Assembly (NCBI GenBank): GCA_951406725.2
Contig: OX597820.1
Span: forward strand, 118,606,001-118,670,000
Length of the DNA: 64,000 nucleotides
Direction of reading: 5' to 3'
Source of the DNA: Octopus vulgaris
Taxonomy: Eukaryota
Below the pieces are notes generated by a model, which saw only the letters and a list, made by a program, of their open reading frames with translations, had not been told where the DNA came from and did not search any database. The translations under genes and the position numbers were made by a program. Positions 39,440 through 54,255 of the stretch are shown here, one piece after another. How positions within the stretch are numbered: position 1 is the first letter of the stretch; each line of letters starts with the position of its first letter.

Positions 39440-39843
39440 TGATATTGTTTACATTATTTACATTTGACGGATATTTATCCTCACCACGTTTCGGCTGATA
39501 TACCCTCCAGTCTTCATCATGGGGAAATTTCGGACCTGGGTTTTCATTCTTAAGGTATTTTTCGATCTTCTTCTTCTTCTTCTTCTTCTTCTTCTTCTTC
39601 TTCTTCTTCTTCTTCTTCTTCTTCTTCTTCTTCTTCTTCTTCTTCTTCTTCTTCTTCTTCTTCTTCTTCTTCTTCTTCTTCTTCTTCTTCTTCTTCTTCT
39701 TCTTCTTCTTCTTCTTCTTCTTCTTCTTTTTCTTCTTATTGGGGTTAGTAGCCCACACTCTTAACCACTTCGCTATATGCCCGTCAAATGTAAATAATGT
39801 AAATAATGTACATAATTCCTCATCTCTTAAATTTAGAACTGTA
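39440..39843. mobile_element. pLTR-like repeat with degenerate hammerhead (39481-39525, minus), (TTC)n and an inverted tail copy
   Basis: Reverse complement aTGATGA-agactg..cagcc-GAAACGTG; tttacattatttacatttgacgg inverted at 39781-39803; (TTC)n 39567-39737. Confidence 0.55.
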
Positions 39844-41422
39844 TTAAAGTCACTGATGGAGTGAAATTCTGTTTTAGCAGCAAAGACATGTTTGGTGCAA
39901 CACTATTAGATGCTTGTGCAACTGGTGCCAATGTTAAATATTTATAGTGTGGATTTTCGGTGAGGGCAATAAGGCCGACGATGCTACACTAGTTCAATGA
40001 TTGAGAGAACAGGAAAAAAAGCAACACGCCAACACACACACACACACATACACACACACACACAGATACACACTCACACAATACGCACGCACACTTATAC
40101 ACGCTCACACGCGCACACAGAGGCATTCGCAGACACTCACTCACCGTTGTTTTCCATTTAGGACACTGAAAACTCCAAGGAACATCGCAAACAAACAAGC
40201 ATCAAATATAAATAATGGAAGGGGGAAAAAAACCAACAATGACGACGACAAGCTAACTACGATAATCTATCCGCTGCCAGAAATAGTCGAATGCTTTTCG
40301 ATTAAACTAACTTCTCTGAGTCGTGATCATCAACAGTGATTTACGAGCATTTCACAATTCTTAATGTTGCATAGAATCGAATTGATTGTGTGTCGCTATT
40401 TGCAACGAGTGGCGATAGAGTGTGTGATTTAAACAAGGCATGCCTTACCATTAATAGGGTGGCAAGTCACAGGATTTGGCAACATGCATCATTGGAAATC
40501 AGTATTTCCGGAACTATTCCGTACGCATCAACCATTCTGGCAGCAGCAGCAGCAGCAGCAGTAGTAGCAGCAGAGAAAACCAGAAAAAAAATGTAAGATA
40601 AAAAACAAGAAATAAAAAAATATATATGTATGGAAAACAGTTGCAAATATTTTCTGCGCAATGGAATTTTAGCTGCGCTGTCGTAAATGGCAGGTCTGGT
40701 GGTGCCGGAGCACTGGTTGTAGTTGTAGTGGTGGATATATTAGGTGTTTGTGGTTACGTGTTGAAGTCTAGCTGTGGGTTATATGTCCCAACGGTGGCGA
40801 ACATAGCGGCGGAAGATGTTTGAGCTTGTAGTACTGTTGTGCCATCGAAATTAAATTCTGTGACTGCGGTTGACTTATGTGGATGTTTTACTCTTGTTAG
40901 CAGAATTTAGTTATAACTTGGGGTTTTGGGGGGGAGGTATACGTTGTCGTCAAATGCGCTGGCTTCACTGTAAAAGTGGAGTTGTATTCTTTCTCTACAG
41001 TAAAGTTTTAGTTTAATGGAGATGGTATCAGATTATAATTTCATATTGAAGTTATGATATTAATGAGTTTTTTCACCAATAAGATAAAAACTTCTTCACC
41101 AACGGGATCCAAGTACTATGATACCGATGGAAGGTGTGTGTGGTCCGCAAAGTGGGGGCTGTGCTGAAAAATAAACCTCATTTGGTCACATTTCGTGAGT
41201 GTGTATTGGCCAGTCTATGAACATTTAAGCTGATCGTTGTCGATCTCATAATCTTTTCACTAATTAAGCGCTTTCAACCCAAAGCCTGCACTAATTTGTA
41301 TTCCTAACTCAGATTCCCTCTTACAACTTGTTGATCTTTTCCTGCAAACTCCAAATTAAATTACTCAGAGCTGAATATTAAACCTACCAAAGTCACCAAG
41401 TAAGAGCCCTTACAATGGTCAT

Positions 41423-41788
41423 ACTCTTTACTCTTTTACTTGTTTCAGTCATTTGATTGCGGTCATGCTGAAGCACTGCCTTTAGTCGAGCAAATCGACC
41501 CTGGGACTTATTCTTTGTAAGCCCAGTACTTATTCTATCGGTGTCTTTTGCCGAACCTCTAAGTGACGGGGACGTAATGCTAGGAGGACAAACACACACA
41601 CATACACATATATATATATATACATATATACGACAGGCTTCTTTCAGTTTCCATCTACCAAATCCACTCACAAGGCATTGGTCGGCCCGGGGCTATAGCA
41701 GAAGACACTTGCCCAAGATGCCAGGCAGTGGGACTGAACCCGGAACCATGTGGTTGGTTAGCAAGCTACTTACCACACAGCCACTCCT
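41423..41788 (-). mobile_element. SINE family C
   Basis: Colinear with 54253-54670. Confidence 0.88.
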
Positions 41789-42185
41789 AGTGACAATCTC
41801 TTCATCGTAACAAAAGCAATTTCAAGTATTTTTAGCATTTCCTTTGTGCTCGGTTTTTAATGTGACTCCAAGGGATGTTCACTTGTGCTGTGGCAGTAAC
41901 AGAAAAGGCTAAACTTTGCAGTTGCCGCTGCAACAGATTTCTGTGATTGTCTGGCTTTGAAAAAGAAGTGAAAGTGGCTCGGAGGAGTGGTATGATGATT
42001 TGAATAAGATATAGTGTGATCTGGTGACCGGAATTATGTTTTGATGAGGTATGGAATCATCTTGTAGTATAGGTTGCAACGAGGAAGAAAATAGGTCTTT
42101 GTGGGTATTCATTTGGGAATTGGAAACTTCTAGACATGAAGAATCGGAGACTGTTGAACAGAATGGCATGGCTGGGGCGCTCGTA

Positions 42186-43456
42186 CGAAGGAGAGTCATA
42201 AATTATATGCACTCTTGCTTTTTCAATGTATTTACACAAAAGCATGGGTTAAACAAATGCGCTATTTTTCTCTATAATCTCCTTTTTTGATGCTCTTGGT
42301 CAAGCGGTCCACAAGCTTGCATATCCCCTCCAAGAAGAAGGTTTTTGGTTGGTCATGCAACTATTTATGTACCACTTCCTTCACATCTCTAGGAAATCGA
42401 CGATCTTGTAAACCATCTTCCATCAGTCCAAAGATATGATAGTCGGAAGGGGCGAGATCTGGGTTGGTGGCAGGGTATTCCAGCACCTCAAAACCCAATT
42501 GATTAATGGTTTCAACAGTCTGGGTGGCCGTGTATGGGTGTGCATTGTAATGCAACAACAACACTTTCTTTGACAATAGGCTTTGGCATTTGGTGCGAAT
42601 TGCTGGCTTCAGTTTGTTGGCCAGCAAATCACTGTATCTTGCACTGTTGATCATACACCCCTTTTCAATGTAGTCTTCCAGTATAGGCCCTTTTGAGTCT
42701 CAAAAAAGGGAAACTGAGTCTTGAAATACTTCGTCGCTGGCGAGTTGGGATGTTTCCACTCCATACTCTGTGTTTTGGATTTTGCTTCATAATCACGGAC
42801 CCACGTTTCATCTCTTGTGACTATTCTGCTCAAAAATTCCTCACCCCATTGTTGTAGCGATCAAGTAAATGTTGGCAGGCTTCAAGACGTTTGCGCTTTT
42901 GCTCTGCAGTACACTCCCTTGGCATCCATCTTGCACAGATTTTATGGAAGCCGTGGATGATTTGATAGGCAAAAACCACGACTAATCTGCAGAGAACGAG
43001 CTACGATGATAACTCGCTGGTTCACCATTGCCGTCTCGGTCTTGCTGAGTCTTCTCGTCAGTGGTGAAGGTTGACTGACGGGCGCCCGGTTCTGTCTTCT
43101 TGCGTCAAGCTTATCCGGTCACATTTAAACTTCTCAATCTACTCATACACACTTCCACGCGGTAGCGCTCTGTCCCCGTTTTGTGCTAAAAGCCTCCGAT
43201 GAATTTCAGCACCTGATACAACTTCTGACTAGAGAAACTGGATCACTGCTCTTTGTTCTTTGGTGCACGTTGCTTGTGGAATGGCTATGCTTACACTGTA
43301 AAGCCCGAAAGAAAAAAGAAAATGGCACGATCAGGGTCAAACTTCGATCACGTGAACACAATAGTACCATCTATAAGCACGCATGCGCAGAAAGCAGTGT
43401 AACAATAATAAAGATATGTTATGGCCAAAGTAGAGATAATTTTTGACTTACCCTCG
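42186..43456 (-). mobile_element. Mariner transposon fossil, full length, frameshifted
   Basis: TIRs ta|cgaaggagagtcataaattat and ataatttttgacttaccctcg|ta; IVTRDETWV, LLHYNAHPY, NPDLAPSDY motifs. Confidence 0.92.
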
Positions 43457-44601
43457 TATTTAACATAGTAGTGCATATGGAGTAATATTCAATGTGATTC
43501 ATTACTGGAGTTTAAAGTCTAATCAAATTAATTATTTACGCAAGTTGATTATCTCATAATTAATTAATCCATACCTAAGTATACTTAAGAATCACGTTTC
43601 ATGGTATTAGAACCATTTGTACACATATTATGCCTCGCCAGTATTTTGGAGCTTCAAGTCTAATCAAATCAGGACAGGCTCCTGCACTAAAATGTCACTT
43701 TGAGCTTGATCCAAAATCTGTGTTATTTCTGTTAGAACTTTCTCTGACCAGTTTTCTGCCGTCACCATCCCATCATTATTCAAAGTATGTACAAGAATGA
43801 TGTGTTCAATAAATTTAGCTAATTTTATGATTGTACGGCGAAGATCCACGGTTATTTAGGAAGCTGCTGATATTAGGCTGAGTGATACCATTAGACGCTT
43901 CGGGGTTACCTGCAAGTAAGTTATAACCAATCAGCTCTAAGAGGTGCAATTGCGTGCCCGACAAGATACGTATGGTGTTCTGAATATGGTCCCTACTCTT
44001 AACGGTGTTGTCAGGATGTGATGTGATGGTACTTGTTAAGGGATAAATTGCATTGTGTTGATAGCTACAGGAGTACATCTCTTTCGGCGTGTGTTCCACT
44101 TTGGTTTGTTGCTCTTCAGTCATGGAGGTGAAATAGTATCTTCTCAAAGAAGCAACATGGTGGTTATGGTTGTAGTGACTCTGGCCGCAATGGCGATCTT
44201 CATAATGATGGTGGAAGTGGTACCGTTGAAATGGATGGTAGATTTTGTGAAGAAGCGTATTTGAGATGTGTTAGGTCTTCTTGCTTGTCGCTGTATGGTT
44301 TCATTGAGTGTGCTGATAATTTCGGATCGATCAGAGAATGAAAGATTCTAGGTATCAATACGTCAGCTTATGTATTGCGATATTTATACATAACGGTTGG
44401 GATCGATAAATCAAGTAAACATTGGCGAACCTGATGCGCATGGACGGATAGATAGAGGTTGCCATCAATTAAATATAAGCGATATTCATGAATACAATCA
44501 CACTCACACACACCGATGAACGTTTTGATATTGCTATATGGGAAGAGAAACGAGATCGCCGATGTATAGATCCCAGAAAGGCTTGAAAGCAGGAGCATAT
44601 T

Positions 44602-44708
<107 letters not shown>

Positions 44709-44863
44709 TTATCTGTCTGTCTGCCTGTCTGTCTGCTTTTCTTTCTCTCTCCCTGTCTCTTTCTCCTTATATATCTATCTATATTTTTCTTCTACCTATC
44801 CTTCTACTTGCCTACCTCTCTCTCTATCTCGATCTATCTATTTATCAATCAAACTCTCTATCC

Positions 44864-44922
<59 letters not shown>

Positions 44923-44948
44923 AATCTATCTATCTATCTATTTATCTA

Positions 44949-45055
<107 letters not shown>

Positions 45056-45537
45056 CTATGCATGTATCTCTGCGTGAAGGTCTGTGAAGCTCCTTTGAAA
45101 TCCTGGGGTCATAACCATTACGGTGATCCATCGACTGTTTTTAACAGCTTTTGTTATATTTGCAGTCAGAAAGTTCCACCATTAAATCTCTTTATAACTC
45201 AGTTAACTGCCAGGATAAGTCATCAGAAGGTGTCAGTTTAGAACATAAATTACTTAAGAACCTATGCATTATACCAAGCACTGTAAAATAGTTGATATAA
45301 AGTAACTGAAATAAGAATAAGCAAAAATCAAACAGTGTGTAATGAAATCGGATTTTATTATTTTTTTCCCACTTACAACAGCCTTCATTAACAATCATAT
45401 TATTTGGTGTTGATTGAAAAGGAAGTTCGGTATGGGCGTCTTTATTATATAAGAGATACGTTTCCATTTCAACATGCTCAAAACAATGCACGAAGCAATC
45501 CACGTGACAGAGATGGCGGTTTTCCAAAAACGAAAAA

Positions 45538-45917
45538 TCTCTCTATATATAAAGCTGAAGTTGTCTGTGTATGGCAGGTTTGGTAGCCTTCAACTAACAC
45601 TATCTCCTCCGTGCAAGTTGACCAAAATTGAGAGTATGACAGAAGAAGGCTTTCTCTTCCTTCCGTAGAAGAAAAATTCAAATCGGACCATGTTAACACC
45701 AAAAATTATTTACATCAAAAAGGTTCTATTTTTTCTATGAAAATCCCTATTTTTACGATTTTTTGACTGCTGTGTCGCCATTTTTCGGTGTATTTCAACC
45801 AGAAAAATGTTCACTTAAAGAGAATAACAAGCTACATAATGCAAAACTTTTACTTTTCAAAAATTCGAATTATAAAGGGTCAAAACAAACCCGAGCAACG
45901 CCGGGCGATACTGCTAG
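45538..45917 (+). mobile_element. Non-autonomous Helitron
   Basis: A|TC 5' end (tctctctatatataaag), subterminal hairpin cccgagcaacgccggg, CTAG|T 3' end, no TSD. Confidence 0.85.
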
Positions 45918-46546
45918 TATAAAATAAAAATCAAACAAAAGAAAAAGAAAGGGAAACTTCTGGACGCCTCAAAGAATCCGGTTCTCCTGTTCCTGTCGGG
46001 GTTTAAGCTTCTGCGAGAATGAAGGCATTCCGTTCGTTACTCTTCACATCCATAACCAAGCTCCAGTCCCTTCCTAAACAATCTAGAAGCTCAGCTTCCT
46101 GTCAACTTAGAGACAAGAAAATCTTGTATTCACGAAAAATGCAGATGAAGGCCCGTGGGCGAAGAATCCATCTTTTGCTGACGGTCACCACATGTATTTC
46201 TTGTTCATCTATTGTTTATATTTTTCCTGAAGTCTCTTACTCCTTTGGGCTATTTAAAAAAAAATGTTGTATGTGCGTTGTGACATTCGTGAAAGCGATG
46301 CAGTTGATTGTAATAATTGTAGTTTTGTATATGTACTTCATTTTTGTTTATTTACTGTTTATGTTTATGTTTATGGAATATAGGATTTCCTCGCTTTTGT
46401 TTGTGTTGGAGGATGCGTCCATGACTCTGAATTTGATTCTGCTTGCGATAGTGGTAGCGGTGGTGGTGACAGGGCGATGGCTTTGATAGCTTCTTGTGTA
46501 GCTGTTGTTAACGATGATGTTGAGGTATCGTTGCTTAAACGCATCC

Positions 46547-47094
46547 CTCCATTTGTAGACATCACCTTCGTTTGTTGAAATCCCCCCGTTTGTAGACATC
46601 TCCCCCATTTGTAGACATCACCTTTGTTTGTTGAAATCCCCCCGTTTGTAGACATCTCCCCCATTTGTAGACATCACCTTTGTTTGTTGAAATCCCCCCG
46701 TTTGTTGATATCTCTCCCTTTGTTGACATCTCTCCCTTTGTTGAAATTCCCCCTTTTGTTGACATCCCCCCGTTTGTTGACACCCCCCGTTTGTTGACAT
46801 CTTCCCCGTTTGTTGACATCTCCCCCATTTGTTGACATCCCCCCTGTTTGTTGACATCCCCTGTTTGTTGACATCTCCTCCATTTGTTGACATTCCCCGT
46901 TTGTTGACATCTCCCGTTTGTTGACATCTTCCCCGTTTGTTGACATCTCCGTTTGTTGACATCTCCCCCATTTGTTGACATCTCCCCTGTTTGTTGACAT
47001 CCTCCCGTTTGTTGACAACCCCCGTTTGTTGACATCCCCCCGTTGGTTGACATCTCCGTTTGTTGATACCCACCCCCGTCTGTTGACATCTCCC
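46547..47094. repeat. Minisatellite, ~17-20-bp unit gtttgttgacatctccccc, with a 58-bp higher-order trimer at the left
   Basis: direct reading. Confidence 0.95.
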
Positions 47095-47409
47095 AGACCT
47101 TTTTACTGGTGTCGTTTTGATTCTTTTTCTTTTTCTCAATTTTGTAGTGTTTACCATGTTGCTGTCATTGCTGCTGTTATATTTCTTTCTGCTAATTTTC
47201 CAGCGTTGTGTGTGTGTGTGTGTGCGTGTGTGCTCTTGGACATTCGTCCCAATGTTTTTGAATACGTTTCTAAATCAGTGTTAATTACTCTGACGTCTTA
47301 GTTTCCTACATATAACACTTCGAGCCGTGTCGAAAGTGAATATGTCAATTCAGCCGTGCTAAACATGAAGGTCTCAGGATGGCTACAAGAATTCGAATAT
47401 AAGAAAACT

Positions 47410-47675
47410 CGTGGCTTAGTGGTTAGGCTAGTCGGTTTACGATCGTAAGGTCGTGGGTTCCATTCCCGGTCTCACGTTGCGCCCGTGAGCAAGAAACTTT
47501 ATTAATCGTACCTGTATTTCAGAGGGCCAAACTTTGACACGCTGAAACTCCCTGCGAACTACGTTAAAGGTACGCGCGTCTGTGGAGTACTCAGCCACTT
47601 TCACATCAATTTCACGAACAGGCCGTTCCGTTGATCGAATCAACTGGGACTCTCGTCGTCGTAACTAACGGAGTT
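47410..47675 (+). mobile_element. Diverged tRNA-SINE with family B tail
   Basis: gtggcttagtggttagg head; gaactacgttaaaggtac..ctcgtcgtcgtaac tail. Confidence 0.75.
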
Positions 47676-48343
47676 CCGGATAGATTTCGAACTTCGGGTG
47701 CCATAATTAATCGAATCCCTTCGAAGCTGTATACCGACGCGGCCATCATTTAATGTATGATAACTGTAGAAATAGTAAAAGCATAAATTTGAATAGAAAA
47801 TGTATTTCTCCAAGAAGAAATGAAAATTTATCTTAAATTGACAACATAGGCATAATGAAAGAAAAGCTAAAATATAGAAAAAATAAAAGCAACAACAACA
47901 ACCAAAAACAGACCAATGCAAAACCGCACAGAATGGAGAGAATAAAAAAGCGAACCTAGTATAATGAAATGCATAAAACAAAGTAGAAAAGAATCGTAGA
48001 AAATATAGATATCAGATAATATTATAATTCTGGTCATAATATTTCCAAAGACGACTTAAAATTGGGTTATTATGTATTTTAGTGTTTTCCTGCTTTTTTG
48101 CTTCGTTTTGAATTCCTTTAAGAAATCTTTTCCTTTTTCTTCTTTCCTTCTTGTTTATTTCTACTTCATTTGCTCTAAGCAAAATGTCTATCCATTCTAC
48201 TCTGATCACTCTTTCTCTCCTTCTCTCTCTCACTCTCTCTCTCTCTCATCTCTCTCTCTTTCTCTCTCTCCCTCCTACTCTATCTCTCAGTCTCTCATTC
48301 TGCATTATATGTATATGCATATAAATATATATTTACATGCATG

Positions 48344-48421
<78 letters not shown>

Positions 48422-48433
48422 TAAATAAGCATA

Positions 48434-48471
<38 letters not shown>

Positions 48472-48506
48472 CACACATATGCAAGCATATATGCGTATAT
48501 ATGTAA

Positions 48507-48604
<98 letters not shown>

Positions 48605-48666
48605 CATATATATATACATTTATGCACATATATATAATATGCATATATACATACTGAGAAATACAA

Positions 48667-48707
<41 letters not shown>

Positions 48708-48854
48708 CGTATACCTATGCATATATGTATGTAAATATATATCTACACTTAGCTATATTTTTATGTTCATATCTATATATATATATGTATATAATCGGCT
48801 CATTTGTTTGTACATCTATGTGTGTATACATACATATATACACATAAAGATACT

Positions 48855-48908
<54 letters not shown>

Positions 48909-49254
48909 GCATATATACAATGCATTAATTTTAGCGCGTATATATCATTATATACGTGAACATATATATATATATATACATACTTATATATGTGTGTGTG
49001 TGCGAGTGAGTGTGTTTCTGTGTGTCTGTGTGTGAGTGTGTGAGTGTGTTTGTGTGCGTGTTTGCGCATGTGCGCGCTTGTCTCTATGTTTGTATGTTTG
49101 CGTGTGCTCGTGTGTGCGTGTGTGTGTGTGTGTGAGTGTGTCTGCCTAAGTACATACATAATTATATACATACGTCCATTTAAACCATACATATAGTCAT
49201 AAGTGCATTTACATAATTACCTCTCACACACACACACATGCACACACACACACG

Positions 49255-49318
<64 letters not shown>

Positions 49319-49679
49319 CATATATTAATTTCCATACATTTCCAAGCCTTCACTTATTCTATTACTCGTGGCTGGGAATATTTAAGTAGATAATGGAGAG
49401 ACTGAAATATATTTTGGCGATAGCATTGATGGTGATGCTGCGGCTGGTTGTGATGGTTATAAAGATGTGTGCTTGTGAGGCTGTTCTCGTTGTTGCTGTT
49501 GTTGTTGTTGTTGTTTATCGAGGTAGCAATTTCAGTAATGGTTGAGGGGCTGGAGGGGGGGGGGGAGATGATATTTACTGTAGTTAGAAAACTAACGATC
49601 GTGTTTATGTTCGTGTTGAATGCGATGATTTTAGTTATAGCATTAAATCATTTATTTTTCACTTTTTTTTTAGACATTA

Positions 49680-50110
49680 GGCCGCGGCCATGCTGGGGCA
49701 CCGCTTTGAAGAACTTTTATTCAAATGAATGGACGTCAAGGTTTAATTGTTTTAAAGCCCGGCGCTTATTCCATCTACCGTTTGCCGAATCGCTAGCTTG
49801 ATGGGGCGTGGGCACACGAACACCGGTTACCAGATAGTATTAGCGAAACACACATACAGACATATACACAGGTACAAATACACACACACATAAACATACA
49901 CACAGGTACACATATACACACATACATACACACAAGTACATACACACAATCACTCATATGTGATGGGCTTCTTTCCGTCTACCAAATCCAATCATAAAGC
50001 TTTGATCTGCGCGAGACTATAGCAGAAGGTACTTGCCGGGGGTGTCCCACAGTGGGACTGATACCGGCCCATATAGTTTTCAAGCAAGCTTCTTACCACA
50101 GAGCCACGCT
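49680..50110 (-). mobile_element. Diverged SINE family C
   Basis: gcggccatgctggggcaccgc tail, cttcttaccacagagccac head. Confidence 0.72.
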
Positions 50111-50324
50111 TACGTCTATGTGTGCTTTCAAAATGTCTGTCTTCAGAGCTAAGGCAAAGATTATTCCAGCTATCACTATCCTATCTTTGGCTGGGAATCT
50201 TATATTTTAGATCAGGTGGTTGGAGGTTCATTTAACTGCCATTTCTACCAATCTCTATGCTTGTATCTATATTGTTAATTTGATGGTGACGAAACGGTTT
50301 GCTGCTGCTTTTGCCATCAACATC

Positions 50325-50492
50325 ATCACCACCACCACTACGATCACCTTCACTACCGCCACAACCAGCAGCAGCAGCAGCAGCACCACCACCACCACCA
50401 CCACCATCACCACCACCACCACCACCACCACCAACACTACAACCACCACCACCACCAACACCGCCGCCGCCACCACCAACACCACCACCACC
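50325..50492. repeat. (ACC)n/(CAG)n microsatellite
   Basis: direct reading. Confidence 0.9.
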
Positions 50493-50794
50493 AATTTGAA
50501 ATCCTAAAGCAAAAATGGACGAAATGCCGCTGAGCATAAAAATACAAGATAGATTTGACAAGTTAATGTGTCGGACAAGATGTTTGGCGTCACAGTTCCA
50601 ATTTCACCTTTTAACTGAAGGAAAGAAAGAAAATTCTTATCGCTCGGTGCCCATTATAAAGTGTCATGAACTTTGGTGGTCCTTAAGAAAGTGCTTTTCG
50701 ATCACAACTCCCGCCAGCTCATCTTGAGATGTATACGGCATCTTCAACTCCTGTGCCTTGAAAGAAAGCATGAATGGCGCCACATACTCTATGG

Positions 50795-50995
50795 CAGTGT
50801 TTTTCAACCTTTTCGCTGGAGCGGAACCCCAAGGAAACAATTCACTGGCTCGAGGAACCACTGTGCAATAATTTAATTGTCTTATGCACACATATCTGCA
50901 CAGGAGAATTAAAAATTACCGCCGATTTTAGGAGTTTTGTAACTTCTTGCGGAACCCCTGGACTGTACTGGCGGAACCCTGGTTGAAAACCACTG
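50795..50995. mobile_element. hAT (Charlie-like) MITE with perfect 8-bp TSD
   Basis: TIRs cagtgtttttcaacc / ggttgaaaaccactg; TSD ctctatgg at 50787-50794 and 50996-51003; repeated gcggaaccc subterminal motifs. Confidence 0.93.
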
Positions 50996-51965
50996 CTCTA
51001 TGGTGTTAAATGTATATCAGTAATGAAGATGGACAGTTTGACAGTTTTTCCTGACCAAAATTTAATTGTTCGATCAAATTAACAGCCTGCCGTGGCTGAA
51101 TATTCTGCAGATCCACATTGTGACATTGAGTTATGGTAATTCCTGGGTAGAATCATCGTTGCACGATATATGGCGAGGCTATTTGTAATTAGAGGTACAC
51201 TGTATCTGCGGTACATTGTATCCCTGTAACGAGTATCCAGTAATCTACGTTTTATAAATTTAATTCAAGAGGCACAAATCGCCCGAATTTATGCAGAAAG
51301 AAACTAGCTAACAGCAGATCAGCAGATCTTACTAACCCTACGGTCATACTTGCATCTCGTGTTTATTATTTTGCATATTTCTGCGCATTCATACTTGCCT
51401 CTTTTCTTCATTCTTCTTAGCTTTAGTTTCTCCAGCTATACATGGAGCATCGAAAACTCCCTCATCCACCGTTCCTGTAGCTATCTGAATACGAAAGGCT
51501 AGGTTCCTAAGACATGCGTTCTATCAATCCTCCTTTCTGAACGGTGGCCTGGGAAGTGGCTACGCTGGTTACCAATCCAGAGCTTCAACGTCAATTTGGG
51601 TCGGGTACATAATATTGGACAGGCCCCAATTTCAGGTACAAAACTGAACCTGAGTACTTGTCAATCCGGGTCAACAAGTTCTGTAACATTGTCTGAGTTC
51701 ATTGTCCGCTATTCAAACCGTCAAATCAATTTGCTATTCACAAGCTGTTTTTCCTCCTCTTTTCTGTTCTCCTCCAAAACTTTACAGCTGGAGAATATGG
51801 ATGTGCTGTGCATAGACTTCGAAAGCAATATTTTAATTAATAATTTATAACTGTCTGCTGCACAGTTCACGCTAATCGAACACTTTATGCATGGATGTAT
51901 GTATGTATTATGTATCTGTGTGTGTATATATAGATATGTGGATATGTGTGCGAATGTATGTATGT

Positions 51966-52025
<60 letters not shown>

Positions 52026-52041
52026 ATATAATATATATAGG

Positions 52042-52114
<73 letters not shown>

Positions 52115-52480
52115 GTATTTGTGAGTGTAGGCGCATATATCATATATAAGTGTGCGAGTGTGTATATGTGTTTATGATTATGAAATGCATAGATGTGTGT
52201 AGGAATGTGTAAAAATGTATCTATATGTATGTGTGTATATGTGTATAACTGAATATATGTATATACAGATATCCATTATTACATTAAATTTGCATGTGAA
52301 AATACATTTCTGCAAGTAGATCTATCATGTCATTGGAAACTATTAAAGCTTTGAGCTCATATACGTTCTTTCTCAGTGTTTACAGTAAGAATTTAAGATT
52401 CGAATGCATACAAATACGAGACATATAAATAAAATGCACCTAGAAACATATAAACGCACACTAATACATACATACATATG

Positions 52481-52527
<47 letters not shown>

Positions 52528-52531
52528 GCAC

Positions 52532-52574
<43 letters not shown>

Positions 52575-52581
<7 letters not shown>

Positions 52582-52823
52582 ACCGACCAGACCACAGATG
52601 TTGTTACACATCGCTGGTCACAATGCGCTTTGCATTGTTTTGACCTTCGAATGACACCACCCCGCTGGCTAAGCGAGCAGGCCAACAGAAGAAAGAGTGG
52701 TGAAAGAGTACAGTAGGGATCACCACCCCCTGCCGAAGCGTCGTGGAGCTTTTAGGTGTTTTCACTCAATAAACACTCACAACGCCCTGTCAGGGAATCG
52801 AAACCACGATCGTTGCGCCTCCA
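52575..52823 (-). mobile_element. SINE family B head with alternative tail
   Basis: Inverse match to 36995-37288. Confidence 0.82.
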
Positions 52824-52941
52824 CAGATATATATATATGAAATGGTCGTGACATCTGGTACTTGACTGATGCAAGAAAGCCAAGAATGACCCGTCTTTTT
52901 TGCCCGTCCTAATTGTTTTTTCTCTTCTCTGCCTTTGTGTC

Positions 52942-52994
<53 letters not shown>

Positions 52995-52997
52995 AGT

Positions 52998-53053
<56 letters not shown>

Positions 53054-53604
53054 ATAAATGCAGTGGACATTTAAACCCATAAGAGGTATCCGATATAGGA
53101 TTGCTTTCACGCTAGAAGGAACACCTAAAGTTCAAACCACTTGACAACCGATGTTGGTGTGTTTACGTCCCCGTAACCTAGCGATTCGGCAAAAGAGGCT
53201 TACAAATATAAGTCCCGGGGTCAATTTGTTCGACTTAAAAAAAAGGGGGGGGCTCCAGCATGGCCGCAGTCAAGTGACTGAAACAAATAAAGAATACATC
53301 TGCCGATCTATAAACCTTCCTGCTATAAGCCCAAGGCCTGGAATTAGGTTTGAGGTGGCAAGGCGATGATATCGATCCTAGGGCGCAACGGGTTCTTATT
53401 TTATGAACCTCAAAAGGGAAGAAACCCTTGATGAAATATATATCGAACCGAAGTGGTACTGAATACTTTCTGTGAAATACATATTTATTATTCTTTAAGA
53501 AGAATAGTGTCGATTGTGATTTCGAAGTTTTGGCCTGCAGAGCTTTCATCGGACTCCTTCGAAGTCACTGTTACCACCAGTCTTGATATAAATGTGTGAA
53601 TATT

Positions 53605-53638
<34 letters not shown>

Positions 53639-53677
53639 AAAAAAGGTTTGAAAATGCAATTAAAACGATGTTTATTT

Positions 53678-53718
53678 ACTTAACCGGTTTCACTCTTTGG
53701 TAAAAGATTGTCAAAAGT
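53678..53718 (-). ncRNA. Minimal hammerhead, U3:A8 variant (2-nt insertion before GAAA)
   Basis: Reverse complement actt-TTGACAA-tcttt tacc aaaga-gt-GAAA-CCGG-TT-aagt. Confidence 0.55.
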
Positions 53719-53731
53719 TACATTTAAGGAA

Positions 53732-53961
53732 ACATTGAATAATATGGGTTCAAAAAAAGTTTTTTACATAATTGTCACATTGAATATTATGCATTCAAAA
53801 AGGTTTTTTACATAATTGTCACATTGGATATTATGGGTTCAAAAAAAGTTTTTTACATAATTGTCACATTGAATATTATGCATTCAAAAAAGTTTTTTAC
53901 ATAATTGTCACATTGGATATTATGAATTCAAAAATGTTTTTTTATACATAATTGTCACATT
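53732..53961. repeat. ~45-bp tandem repeat, ~5 copies with alternating variants
   Basis: acattgaatattatgcattcaaaaaagttttttacataattgtc units. Confidence 0.9.
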
Positions 53962-54204
53962 ATTTGGGAAAATTTGGCAGAAAAGGATAAAACAAATATA
54001 TTATTGGGAATTGGTTGCGTTAATTATTGGTTGTCGCAAATTGTCACATTACATGTATATATATACAATCTTTGGTATATATATACAGCGTTTTGACAGC
54101 AAAAATTAAAATGGATTTTTTGTCCATCTCAGAATATTTTAAGTATGTTTTTACTGACCTGTTAGTATTAGCAGAAAGGCTATATATATATTAGCAGAAA
54201 GGCT

Positions 54205-54252
<48 letters not shown>

Positions 54253-54255
<3 letters not shown>

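Noticed and set aside
46547-47094. CRISPR array or repetitive protein ORFs (175-179 aa)
   Set aside because: Eukaryotic context, no unique spacers or cas genes; ORFs open in several frames because of the repeat
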